64,000 nucleotides of DNA from assembly GCF_006345805.1 (NCBI RefSeq), contig NW_021834001.1, positions 13,836-77,835 of the forward strand, given 5' to 3'. Every line of letters begins with the position of its first letter. Position 1 is the stretch's first letter. The notes under the pieces are model-generated. The model made no database searches. It was not told where the DNA came from and saw nothing but the letters and a program-made list of their open reading frames with translations. Positions 23,943 through 36,574 of the stretch are shown piece by piece. The DNA comes from Octopus sinensis (lineage: Eukaryota). A program made the position numbers and the translations under genes.

Positions 23943-25485
23943 TATCTGTAGAGGTAAACCTAACACGTGCTGTTCAATAAATGAAGTAACCCAGAAGTCA
24001 ACGATGGAAATCGATTAAACGATAGTTGTATACAACGATAGTTGTATATTTAAAATATTTGGAAGAGTTATGGGTCTTGTTCCACCATGTAATAAAGGCA
24101 TTTCTCTACTGCAATAGGGGAAAAAACAACTTGAATATTAGATTTATATTTCCATTGATGATGTTGCAGCTTCCTCACTGAAATTCTAGTTGTCCTAGAA
24201 ATCTTACATATATATATGTATATGTATATATGTATGTATATGTATATTTCTATGACTAGTGTTCACTTTTATGTGTAAACTTGAAACTCATATACATTTC
24301 CATGTGTCTGAATATATTTCATTTCCCTATAATACATGTTTAAATTGAAAATATCATTAGCTATCTAATATTATATTCTGAAATAACAGACAATCATGCA
24401 CATATATGTACATAAATTTTTAGTGATCGAAATATTTTTATGCTTTTAATGATCACTATTTATGATCAGCAATGCCTAATGTTCTTATCAAGTAAAAAAT
24501 AATGGTAAATCGCATTCAAAGGACTCTAAGTTAATAACCATTTATTTTCTAAAAATCAGGAATATTTTATAACTTTCAGAACTTTCCTGTGATTTTATTG
24601 TTATTCTGTTTTGAAGCGTCTTCAATATGAAAAAAAAGAAAAGAGAAATAATGAGGCTATATTTTGTTGCAGAAGAAGACTTGTTATATTAAAATGCCAC
24701 CGCAAATGAAAAACAAACAAACAATCAAACAGAAGAAAGAATAAAAAAAAAGAAAGCAAAAAGGTAACAGGAGAGAGTTGCCGAAGAGGATGGAACCGGA
24801 AACAAACAGTGAGCGGAGTTGGCTTTGAAGAGGCGTACCATCACTTTACAGATCCCGTGATAGCAAAGGCGTCCTTTATTCTAAATGTCAGCGAATTCGT
24901 AGCACGCGGTGTTCCCTTATCCAGATATTTATATCATTACATTTAGATGCTCCTTCTCTGACCATTTTCTGATTCTCTATAGTGCTTAGATGTGATCCAT
25001 ATAAGAGACAGGGATATATTTAGCGATAGTGCACATAGGAAATACGTAAACGTCCTTGACTTCATCAATTCATCAAAAAAAAAAAGCGTTAGTGATGGTT
25101 TTCAGGGACATTTTAAGTTGCAAAGATTCACTCTCCAACTGGCTAAAAGCCACTGGCTCAAAGATAAGATTCTCCTCTTCCACCTCCCCTCTTCCACCTC
25201 CCGTTCCCCTCCCATTACCCTGCTACTCTCCCTCCACTACCCTCTTTCTCTCTGTCACTCTGTACTCCTCTGTTCCAAATGCAATGGTTTATGCTTCTCT
25301 GAGGGAGCATAACAAAAACCACTTCTATATTTTTCCAAATTATGCGCCAGTAACATTACAGTGTCTCATAAAAAAACCCCTCATGATATTAAATCCCCTA
25401 ATCGTTGTTTTTTTCATAGAGTTTAACCTGTCTGGAATTGTTTAATATGAATAATTTTCTTCCAAGAATTGACCTACTAAATATC

Positions 25486-26288
25486 CTTTTCTAATCTAGG
25501 CACAAGGCCAGACATTTTTCTGGGAGGGGGTCAGTCGATTAGATCGACCTCAGTACGCAACTGGTACTTAATTTATCGACCTCGAAAGGATGAAAGGTAA
25601 AGTCGAACTCGGCAGAATTTGAACTCAGAATGTAAAGACAGACGAACTACCGCTAAGCATTTCGCCCGGCGTGCTAACATTTCTTATTTCTTTATTGCCC
25701 ATAAGGGGCTAAACATAGAGGAGACAAAAAAGGACAGACAAACGGACTACGTCGTTTATATCGACCCCAGTGCGTAACTGGCACTTAATTTATCGACCCC
25801 GAAAGGATGAAAGGCAAAGTCGACCTCAGCAGAATTTGAACTCAGAATATAAAGACAAACAAACTACCTATTTCTTTACTACACATAAGGAGCTAAACAC
25901 AGAGAGGACAAACAAGGACAGACAAACGGATTAAGTCGATTACATCGACCCCAGTGCGTAACTGGTACTTATTTAATCGAACCCGAAAGGATGAAAGGCA
26001 AAGTCGATCTCGGCGGAATTTGAACTCAGAACGTAACGGCAGACGAAATACCTATTTCTTTATTACCCACAAGGGGCTAAACACAGAGGGGACAAACAAG
26101 GACAGACATAGGTATTAAGTCGATTACATCGACCCCAGAGCGTAACTGGTACTTAATTTATCGACCCCGAAAGGATGAAAGGCAAAGTCGACCTCGGCGG
26201 AATTTGAACTCACAACGTAACGGCAGGCGAAATACCGCTGAGCATTTCGCCAGCTTGCTAACATTGCTGCCAGTTCGCCGCCTTTGAT
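25486..26288 (-). mobile_element. SINE family A tetramer (three A1-tailed units + terminal A2-tailed unit) with a single TSD
   Basis: Four gaatttgaactca units; exact ctactaaatatc at 25474-25485 and 26289-26300. Confidence 0.9.
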
Positions 26289-26449
26289 CTACTAAATATC
26301 AAACTAGACATCTGCGCTATAGAGCTTAGTAGTATAGGAGGACATACACAAATATAGAACGACTCCTCGTTAGTGTTTCTCCGATTAAAGCTTAAACATC
26401 ACTATGGTTGTCTTTGTCAATCATCCATCTAGATGTATTACAACCCTAG

Positions 26450-26833
26450 TGGAGGCGCAATGGCCTAGTGGTTAGGGTAGCGAACTCGCGGTCATAGGAT
26501 CGCGGTTTCGATTCCCAGACCGGGCGTTGTGAATGTTTATTGAGCGAAAACACCTAAAGCTCCACGAGGCTCCGGCAGGGGATGGTGGTGATCCCTGCTG
26601 TACTCTTTCACACACAACTTTCTCTCACTCTTACTTCCTGTTTTCTGTTGTACTGTATTTCAAAGGGCCGGCCTTGTCACTCTCTGTGTCACACTGAATA
26701 TCCCCGAGAACTACGTTAAGGGTACTTGTGTCTGTGGAGTGCTCAGCCACTTACACGTTAATTTCACGAGCAGGCTGTTCCGTTGATTCGGATCAACCGG
26801 AACCCTCGTCGTTGTAACCGACGGAGTGCTTCC
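26450..26833 (+). mobile_element. SINE, C head + tail Y
   Basis: tggaggcgcaatggcctagtggttaggg..ttcgattcc head; ends gtaaccgacggagtgc; attacaacc at 26437-26445 and 26834-26842 as probable TSD. Confidence 0.85.
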
Positions 26834-26912
26834 ATTACAACCAGTTCCAGTCATATACTGTGGTTTACTCAACCAACCAAATGTGTTCTTACAAACGCAT
26901 ACCTATTCACCT

Positions 26913-27252
26913 TCTTTTTTTTTTTTTTTTTACTCCGCCGGTTACGACGACGAGGGTCCCAGCTGATACGATCAACGGAACAGCTTGCTCGTGAAATTAA
27001 CGTGCAAATGGCTGAGCATTCCACAGACACGTGTACCCTTAACGTAGTTCTCGGGGATAATCAGCGTGACACAGAGAGTGACAAGGCTGACCCTTTGAAA
27101 TACAAGTACAACTCATTTTTGCCAGCTGAGTGGACTGGAGCAACGTGAAATAAAGTGTCTTGCTCAAGGACACAACGCGTCGCCGGGAATCGAACTCACA
27201 ACCTTACGATCATGAGCCGAATGCCCTAACCACTAAGCCACGCGCCCTCACT
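26913..27252 (-). mobile_element. SINE, D head + CORE-like box + tail Y, poly(A), 10-bp TSD
   Basis: Minus strand tggcttagtggttagggcattcgg..gagttcgattcc..ccttgagcaagacactttatttcacgttgctccagtccactcagctgg; TSD ctattcacct at 26903-26912 and 27253-27262. Confidence 0.9.
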
Positions 27253-27961
27253 CTATTCACCTATTTGAATAGTCAACAACTGTTTATCTTACAAATATAT
27301 TCAGCATTACATAATTTTATCGAATAAAAATTATTACTGTATTATTAATAGGTGATAAGATCTTACGGAATTTGACTGATGTTAATAATTCTGTTTGAGT
27401 GAAGCCAATTATATAACCTACGGTAGATTAATTTGTTTCATCTATTTAATGCTAAATAAACCGGAGTCAAGTATTTAGCATATGGATTATAATTATTCTC
27501 AGAAATAAAGTTTCATCTCAAAGTTCTGTTTGGGGGGAAAATGGGTAGTAAAGTGTCAACAACTATTTTTAACATTAGTTATGTAACAGAAATCAAGGGT
27601 CATAATCTGAAAATTTAACGCTACTGTCACTAGGTTGATATTGATGAAATCAACTCAAATTCCTATACAAATCTCTTACGTTAAATGTTTAACTATATGA
27701 AAAGAACAGAAACATAAAAACCATACACAGAGTGAACAAAAAGAAAGGGCGTTTCTATATGTTAGTTCGATCAGCAAGAAATACCATTTTAATTTCTTGT
27801 CGGTCAAAACCTATTGTCTTACGACTGACCTAGTCGACAGGATCGTCGGTGAGATTCACGCGTGGAAACCGTTACGGCATATTGCGGTTCCACTTCAACT
27901 TCTTTCGGTCTCAACTTTGTCATTATTTCGGAGTCGATAAATAAAGTATTAGTCCTGTAGT

Positions 27962-27971
27962 TCTTTCCTTC

Positions 27972-28044
<73 letters not shown>

Positions 28045-28234
28045 TTTCTCCTTTTCTCCCTTTCTTTCTTTCTTTCTTCCTCTCTTTTTTATTTCTTTCT
28101 CCCTTCCTTTCTGTCTTTCGTCCTTCCTTCCTTCCTTCCTTCCTTCCTTCCTTCCTTCCTTCCTTCCTTCCTTCTTTCTTTCTTTCTTTCTTTCTTTCTT
28201 CTTTCTTCTTCTTTCTTCCTTCCTTCCTTCCTTC

Positions 28235-28275
<41 letters not shown>

Positions 28276-28383
28276 TTCCTTTCTTCCTTCCTTTCTTCCT
28301 TCCTTCCTTTATTTCTTTTTTCTTTCTTTTTTCTTTCTTTCTTTCTTTTTTCTTTCTTTCTTTCACTCTTTCTTTCGTTCTTT

Positions 28384-28415
<32 letters not shown>
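27962..28415. repeat. ~450-bp (TTTC)n/(TTCC)n polypyrimidine tract
   Basis: Direct reading. Confidence 0.95.
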
Positions 28416-29037
28416 TCCCGCCCCTCTCTCTCCTTTCTTCTCTATCTGTCTTCATCGCTTCCCGTTGCGAGTTTGGAAGAAATGGATTGTGTTTAGGCTT
28501 CAAAAAAAAAAGGCTAGACTCCGCCGTGTCGTACGTCATGACATCACCATAATGATTCCACAAGGAGTTGAAGGCCCGGAGCAAAGTATAAGGTATTGGG
28601 CATGATTTGTGGATTAAACAACCAAAAAGATTAAATGTGTGTTGAAAACAAACATTAAGCATACATTATCGAAAAATGTAAGAACAAAAAAAAAGGAGAG
28701 AAGAATATACTATCGACAACCAAATGATTCTAAATAGTTATATTTTAACATAAGAAATGATTTTTATATATATATTAAAAGAGGGTTACCAAAATTCTAT
28801 TGAGAAAAAAAAAAAAAGACCCGGGATTTTATGATTAAATATAACAACAAAACAACACAAAACATATGTAGGCGACAGCATTTAAAAAATTTTCTAAATA
28901 CAATTTGCAATGTAAATACTTGTTGCAACATCAAAATTTTATCTTCATCTGGAAATTTCGCATTATTTTCCATTCCTTATTAAATTCAAAAGCGGTATCA
29001 TAATACCATCTAGTGCTAATAATATTAATGTTGCCGC

Positions 29038-29063
29038 TACTGTTGCTGCTGCTGCTGCTGCTG

Positions 29064-29125
<62 letters not shown>

Positions 29126-29160
29126 GATGATGATGATTATGATGGTGATGATAATGATGA
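29038..29160. repeat. Compound (CTG)n-(CTA)n-(ATG)n trinucleotide repeat
   Basis: Direct reading. Confidence 0.9.
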
Positions 29161-29300
29161 CAATGCCTTCACATATTAAAGATCGTAAAAAGTAATACAA
29201 TATATATACATCCATATGCATATATACATGCATATATCTGTATGCATAAATATAAAGGTATGTATATATATATATGTATATATATGTGTATATATGTGTG

Positions 29301-29339
<39 letters not shown>

Positions 29340-29340
29340 A

Positions 29341-29460
29341 TATTACACCTGGTATGTATGCCTATATATATACACATATATGTACATATATATATATATA
29401 TATACACATATATATATGCACATATATATACATATATATACATACATACCAGGTGTAATA
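29341..29460. repeat. 120-bp mini-foldback: perfect 20-bp inverted repeats around a TA/CA microsatellite
   Basis: tattacacctggtatgtatg (29341-29360) and catacataccaggtgtaata (29441-29460). Confidence 0.8.
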
Positions 29461-30034
29461 GATATAGCATATATATTTGTATATATATATATATATATAT
29501 ATATTTCACACGTACATATATTTCTGTATGTAGTTCTGCATTCTGTATAATATACAATAGTATAATACAATGTATAACACACATAGGTATGTGTGAACGT
29601 GCTTGCGATTGTTACATTGCATTGTATTAAACATACAAGACATTTTATTCATTTCGTAACGAAATCACACGCATATACATACATACGCGCGCTCTGTATC
29701 ACACACACACACATACACATACACTCGTACAAATCTTCATAGAGACAGAACTCTTGGAGTCATCAACACTCCAGCATTAGAAACTACAATCGTATCGCCA
29801 CCGCCATCATCACCCCTACCGTAGGACACATATACAGAGAAATTTTGAATATCTTATTGATTAAAATCGCATTTTTTTTTCTTCACATTTTCAAGTATTT
29901 GATGGTGTTAAAATATCTGCTAATTTTCTAAAGCAGCAACAATTTTCGTTGGCGAATATTCATGCTGACGAACACCACTCACATGAATTAACTTTCAAAT
30001 CTAAAATTAATTACATTGTAGTCTCCAGAACTTA

Positions 30035-30094
<60 letters not shown>

Positions 30095-30130
30095 CATTAT
30101 TATTATATTATTATTATTATTATTATATTA
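30035..30130. repeat. (ATT)n microsatellite
   Basis: Direct reading. Confidence 0.95.
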
Positions 30131-30227
30131 CTATATGCGCATTTGTAAATACATACATATATGTGTATACCAATATGAAATATGCAGATATATATAAATA
30201 CACACACACCACATATTAATATATATA

Positions 30228-30278
<51 letters not shown>

Positions 30279-30305
30279 GTATGTATGAGCAATATATATG
30301 TATGT

Positions 30306-30337
<32 letters not shown>

Positions 30338-30489
30338 ATATTACACTTAAAAAACATTACAAAATTTACGTTTATATATTCATGTATATAGAGGTATATG
30401 TATATATTTACGTGTATCCATATACATACGTATATACATATACATATACATGTATATATATCTACATGCATACATACATACATATATAT

Positions 30490-30521
<32 letters not shown>

Positions 30522-31252
30522 GGATATATAAAATTGTGCACATTCCAGTCTATGGCTCTATGTATCCACAAATGAATCTGTGTATCTGAGGTTTGTGTAT
30601 ATGTGAGTCTCTATTTGTGTGTAAATTTATGTGTTTGTGTGTGAGTATGTATGTATGTATGTATGTATGTATGTATGTATGTATGTATGTATGTTGTATG
30701 TATGCATGTATGCATGCATGTATGTTTGTGTGTGTCTGTGCATTGTGTACAAAAATCATATACAGCAACAGGAATGAAATACAATCTAAGAAGCAGTTTT
30801 AATGGCTTCATATTATCTGTACGGCAGGAAAAAAAAACTTCTTTTATAAACTTGAAATAATATAACTTAATTCATGTTCACACCATGAATAATAATATTA
30901 CATTAAAACTGAGAGTAATTTTCTGCCTTCAATATTAAATTTATTACAAAATCTAATATAATAAGTGGTGAGGTTAGAACTTCAAATTCTATGGAACTAA
31001 ATATTGATTAAGAATGTAAAAGAGGCAGCAGGCGGAAGCAGATAGAATGGAAATTGCCTTACTTTTGCCACCGAGCTTTCAGATGCCATTTTCCTGCAAG
31101 GATTTCGAAACATTAAAAATCTGCATCGTATTATGGCCAGTGTGGTTAAAAATTAGAAATAAATTATTTGTATCTGCATATATACATATACGTGTGTGCG
31201 CGCGTATGTATGTGTCTATGGCTGTACATATGTATATATATATATATATATA

Positions 31253-31306
<54 letters not shown>

Positions 31307-31310
31307 TAAT

Positions 31311-31638
31311 GCGTATGGCTCAGTGGTTACAGTGTTGGTTTCACTATCATGACGTACTAAGTTCGATTCCCGGACCGGGCCGTGTGTTGTGTTCTTGAAT
31401 AAGACACTTTATTTTCATGTTGCCCCAGTTCACTTAGCTGTAGAAATGAGTTGCGACGTCACAGGTGCCAAGCTGTTTCGGCCTTTGCCCTTCTCTTGGA
31501 TAACATCGGTGGCGTGGAAAAGGGAGGCTGATATGCATGGATGACTGCTGGTCTTCCATAAACAACCTTGCACAGACTTGTGCATCGGAGGGGAATTTTC
31601 TAGGTGCAATCCAATGGTTATTGATGGACCGAAGGGGT

Positions 31639-31641
<3 letters not shown>
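31311..31641 (+). mobile_element. SINE, D head + CORE-like box + tail Z
   Basis: tggctcagtggttacagtg..gttcgattcccgg..cttgaataagacactttattttcatgttgccccagttcac..gagttgcgacgtc..ttctaggtgcaatcc..gaccgaagggg. Confidence 0.8.
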
Positions 31642-31683
<42 letters not shown>

Positions 31684-31699
31684 GTATGTGTGTGTGTGT

Positions 31700-31913
31700 G
31701 TCGCCATGATAGATCGGTAGCCACTACACACATTTTTTTCTTCTCTCCTTGTTTTTCTCCTTGTTTTTTTTTTTCTGTGCCCCTTTCTGTGGAAGAGCGT
31801 AGGCTCGAAACTTAAAAGACTTTTTTCAATTCCTGAGCGTCATACTAATACATCTGTTTGTTTTGTACACCACCTGTCTTCGTCTTTTGTTGTTTTTTTC
31901 GTGAACTCTCCCC

Positions 31914-31918
<5 letters not shown>
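31700..31918 (+). mobile_element. Short (TA)n-embedded repeat (working family P3) with hammerhead-like motif
   Basis: Second copy at 44850-45005 (gtggaagagcgtag..cgaaac..aagactttt..gagcgt..actaatacatctgtttg). Confidence 0.6.
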
Positions 31919-31951
<33 letters not shown>

Positions 31952-33010
31952 TCTTTCTTTTAGGCTCCCTCATACTTTTTCTTTTATCTTCCTACTTCCC
32001 CTCCTCGTTTATCTGCCTTGTACCTTTCTCTATGTCCCTTTGACATTCTCTCTTTCTCGTTCTTCCCCCAATTCTTCAATCCCTCTGCTCCTACTTCTTT
32101 CCTTTCCATTCACGTGACCGGTGTTCGGCCAATATTGATCTTTCTTGGCTCGACTGCCCCACGAAGCATCTCTTATCATGACTTTCATCCCTTATGTTCA
32201 TCTCCTATGTTCCTGCCTCAAGGCTTTCACTCTACACACAGCAGGTCAACTTGATTTGTTTTTATAAGTCGAAAGACACCTGTTGTTTTTTTTTCTTGTT
32301 ACTTGTAATTGTGTAATATTTTCTCCGTTCCTTTAAAACATGTAGGAAATATGTACGGCTGATTTTCTTTTCTTCTGTGTTTTTTTTACTTTCTTACTCT
32401 GTGGACAGTTAATATTCTGAAATGGGGAATATAACATTGTTTGTGCATTCCTTAAGTAGATTAAATCACTTTTCCATTATGTAATTATCCAGTGTGATCA
32501 TTCTAAATTTCATGGAGATTTAGCTGCTATTTCTTGCAGATCGATCAAGCACATATAATCTTTCTGATTGATGATTGAGTTTATTGATGCATGAGTGTAT
32601 ATCAATCAGTCAGATGACATTTATTTCAAACCGTTTTAGAATATTTTATGACTTTCCCAACGGATTTAGTGAAATACTGCATTTCAATAGAAGAACAAGA
32701 ATGGAACAGTGTCGCCGATTCGGCTCACTCGACCGCTGCTTTAATGATTCGTATTAACACATCTACACAAATTTAACATTGATTTTGATCTCTTCACACC
32801 ATTTGCACAGCTTTAGCTAGTTAAGATTACGTATGTCGTATAACTTCGTTAATGGTTTGACATAATGTGTTGGTAGGACTTACATTTGATGCAACATATA
32901 TTTATGTTTTATAAGATTTACTGAAATGTTATTTTTTGTCAAAAGAAAACTTGAATTTCTTCCTAAATTTCTAAAATACAGAATAATTAAATAAAATAAA
33001 ATAAAATAAA

Positions 33011-33260
33011 TGCGGTCTTTTTAAATCCTAGCCAGTCTCATGGGCCAGGTTTCCCGGTTTCAATGGCGTATGTGTTCCCTAGCTGGACAGGATGCCAGTC
33101 CATCACAGCGTCACTCATTTTTGCCAGCTGAGTGGACTGGAGCAACGTGAAATGAAGTGTTTTGCTCAAGAACAGAACGCATCGCCCGGTCCAGGAGTCG
33201 AAACCAGAATCTTACGATCATGATGCTGACACCCTAACAACTAAGCCACGCGCCTCCACA
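33011..33260 (-). mobile_element. SINE, D head + CORE-like box + tail X
   Basis: Head revcomp ccctaacaactaagccacgcgcctcc; CORE-like box; tail matches 15610-15710. Confidence 0.8.
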
Positions 33261-33894
33261 AAATACCAAATATACAACCTTAATATATCTATGACGTAAT
33301 TATTTCTTGATTGGAGTTTCGTTATGGAAAGTTCAAATGAATTTACGCCGACGTCTTCCAGTAGGGAGTGTCTTAACAAAGATTAACCTTTCTTAGATAT
33401 ACCATTCCTTTATCAGACTTTCAGTTTGTCTCGGAGTTAAGCAAGTGTTGGAATGTACAAGCTATTATAGTAAATTTATACCCTAAATTTCTAACGTTCG
33501 AAAAAAGAAAAGAAGCGCAAATAGATTTCTAACTTTCATCACTCTGGTAGGGTAAAACAACAGTTACAACTTATGACAACTCAACAAACAGCCTAAGCAT
33601 CAAATTTATTCATTTCACGCTTGAAACCGATTATAGATTACACCTAACAGAAATTGTGATAGGCCAGATTCCTTTCTATAGAGGAGAGCTAAACAGCTCA
33701 ACACCAAGAAACTGCTGTACCCTCCTTATATACTAATTTGCGTAGTTTGTAAAGGATAAATAAAAATTATAAAACTAAAGCGAAAATACAATAGAACAGG
33801 ATGATAGTGACGTACAACGCCGTTGAATATTGAAATATAATGCCTTCAATTCTGTATTAAAACTGCGTTAAGTTTCAGGGTTGTGTTGGTTGAG

Positions 33895-34334
33895 ACTCTT
33901 TTTTACTCTTTACTCTTTTACTTGTTTCAGTCATTTGACTGCGGCCATGCTGGAGCACCGCCTTTAGTCGAGAAAATCGACCCCGGGACTTAGTCTTTGT
34001 AAGCCCAGTACTTATTCTATCGGTCTCTTTTGCCGAACCGCCAAGTGACGGGGACGTAAACACACCAGCATTGGTTGTCAAGCAATGCTAGGGGGACAAA
34101 CACACACACACAAACACACACACATACATATATATACATATATATATATATACATATATATATACTATATACGACAGGCTTCTTTCAGTTTCCGTCTACC
34201 AAATCCACTCACAAGGCATTGGTCGGCCCGAGGCTATAGCAGAAGACACTTGCCCAAGATGCCACGCAGTGGGACTGAACCCGGAACTATGTGGTTGGTT
34301 AGCAAGCTACTTACCACACAGCCACTCCTGCGCC
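33895..34334 (-). mobile_element. SINE family B, full length
   Basis: Reverse complement of the complete B consensus, ending ccacacagccactcctgcgcc. Confidence 0.9.
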
Positions 34335-34820
34335 ATTTACTTTGTTCTGTATTTTGTATGAAATTACTAACGATAGACTGACATTCATCATTATATTTCT
34401 TATAAATCATATTTTCGTTTCTACATTTCATAACAAAGACAATAATTTATCTGACGACAAGGAGGAAAGCTTTCTGTTTGACGTATTCAATAACATGTGA
34501 TAATTGATAAATATAGTTACGAACCAAAGAAGCCTATGATGATAGTACTTAGCTACGCATTCAAGAACGCCAAACAGATAAGACAAGAATCTTCTCCTAA
34601 GTGGGTTAGGTTAGACAATAGCATTTTGCATGTAATATTTCCATAAAAGATATGGTATCTATTCGCGATAGTTAACAGAACCACCAGAGGCCATGTACAA
34701 TTACGGTTCTCGTCTAGTGACACGATGGAACTCATACAATGTATTAACTCGCAATTGTTAAACTGGTGAGAGGAGTGTTTTATCCATTCAGTAGGTTTAT
34801 TTATACACAGAACAATTATT

Positions 34821-35168
34821 TTAGGCACAGAGCCAGCAGTTTTGAGGGGGGGGGTAAGAGAATTATATTGACCTCAGTGCTCAACTGGTATTTATTCCAT
34901 CGACCCCCGAAAAGTTGGAAGACAATGCCGACCTGAGCGGAATTTGAACTCAGAGCGTAAGACCGGAAGAAATATCGCTAAGCATTTTATCCAGCATGCT
35001 ATTGATTCTAGAGGCACAAGGCCTGGAATTTTGGGGAATGAGCAAGTCGATTACATCGACACCAGTATTCAACTGGTACTTTTATCGACCCCCATATTTA
35101 ATCGACCCCGGTGCTACTTGAACTTAGAAAGTAAAGTTGAAGTTAATGCTGCTAAACATTTCCCCGCC
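34821..35168 (-). mobile_element. Two tandem diverged SINE A2 copies
   Basis: ggcacagagcc..gaatttgaactcagagcgtaag and ggcacaaggcctggaatttt..gtcgattacatcg. Confidence 0.7.
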
Positions 35169-36574
35169 ATTATATATAAAGAGTTTTAATGCCGAGAAAG
35201 TGAATATTTCTTTTCCAACGTCAGATTTTAGAGTTAATTATTTTCGTTACCTTCATTTAACTTTCCTATAAATTCATGTGTCAGTGAAGACAACTTCTTG
35301 TATGCAATTAATATTTTATAGTTATATGATGATAGTTGAATATACTTTTCAAAACCTACTTACGTTCAGAGATGCTCAGATGTTCTAAATGCAGAATTAC
35401 TTCAAATATTGTGTGATAAAATATCAAGAGATCTTATTAACATCCCTAATGATACAAAAGTAAATGTATAGAGATCATATATAACATATGAACGATACTT
35501 GTTTGAATTAATATATTGATCGACCTTTAGGTCATAATAACAGAGTTACAAAGATTTACTTGTGGCAGAAGTAACATATACGCACTTGAACATCTTGCCA
35601 AGAGCATTCTCTCACATACTATTATGAACTAATTAAAAACATCGTTGGGGACAGAGGATCGATTGATCAAATAGTGATTCTACTTGAAAGACGTGATTAG
35701 TTAGCTTTGAATTTTTATGGTCACACCACAGATGTGTCTATATTGAAAGGTCAATAAAGTTTACTTTATAACTGTTTTACAATGCTTTAAACTTTCAGCC
35801 AGCTAAAAAGGCAAAGGAAGAGTAATGCACAGTAGGCATTTAATGTTCATGTAGCACAAAGTTGCGTTGCGGACAGAAAACTTTAGATGCAGACACATAC
35901 AAAATATACACACGTGTTTCTCTATTTCTTTATATCATATACTACCCAAGACACGCGCAACATACGCATATAGACGAGTGGAGAAACGAACGAAACCAGC
36001 ACTTAACACACACACACACACACATACACACATGTAAATATATCCAACACGATCAGCTGTATAATTTCGTGTAGTTTGTACTTGAAGAAATCGCTCTATT
36101 ACACCCAATCTTTCCTTTTCTAGAATGTCGGCTCCCGCCTCGCCTGAGAATGTTAGTTTACAACAAATTATCCGGTACATTAACGGCATCAAACTGACAT
36201 GTCTGAACTTTCCAATAACTTGAATAACTGAACTAGCAAGTCCATTATATGAGCATGTATGTGGTCGAGTACTCCTCATTTGCATGTATCCTTATAGTAA
36301 ACTACAAGAGAAATGAACATGACATATGTGACCAGGCTATATTATATATTTAAAGTGAAACTCCATCCGACGGACTTTCATAGAGATTCTGTCAACAAAA
36401 TCAAAACATATTCACACAAAAGGAACGACTATGTAAAATGATGGTCACCCATGAAATCATATAAAACGTAGAACCCGTGACCGGAAGATAGCAAAACCAA
36501 CATCTTAATTCGCCCATTTTTGCCGACATATAAAATATGCATATTCATTCATAACTGTCTGTGCTTTTATATAT

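Noticed and set aside
23353-26288. Regularly spaced repeats as a CRISPR-like array
   Set aside because: Units are ~180-230-bp SINE bodies without unique spacers; eukaryotic context, no cas genes.
27923-28366. 147-aa Lys/Glu/Arg-rich ORF
   Set aside because: Translation of the (GAAA)n/(GAAG)n strand of a microsatellite.
29013-29195. Poly-Leu ORF resembling a signal peptide
   Set aside because: (CTG)n(CTA)n(ATG)n trinucleotide repeat; no splice or downstream coding support.
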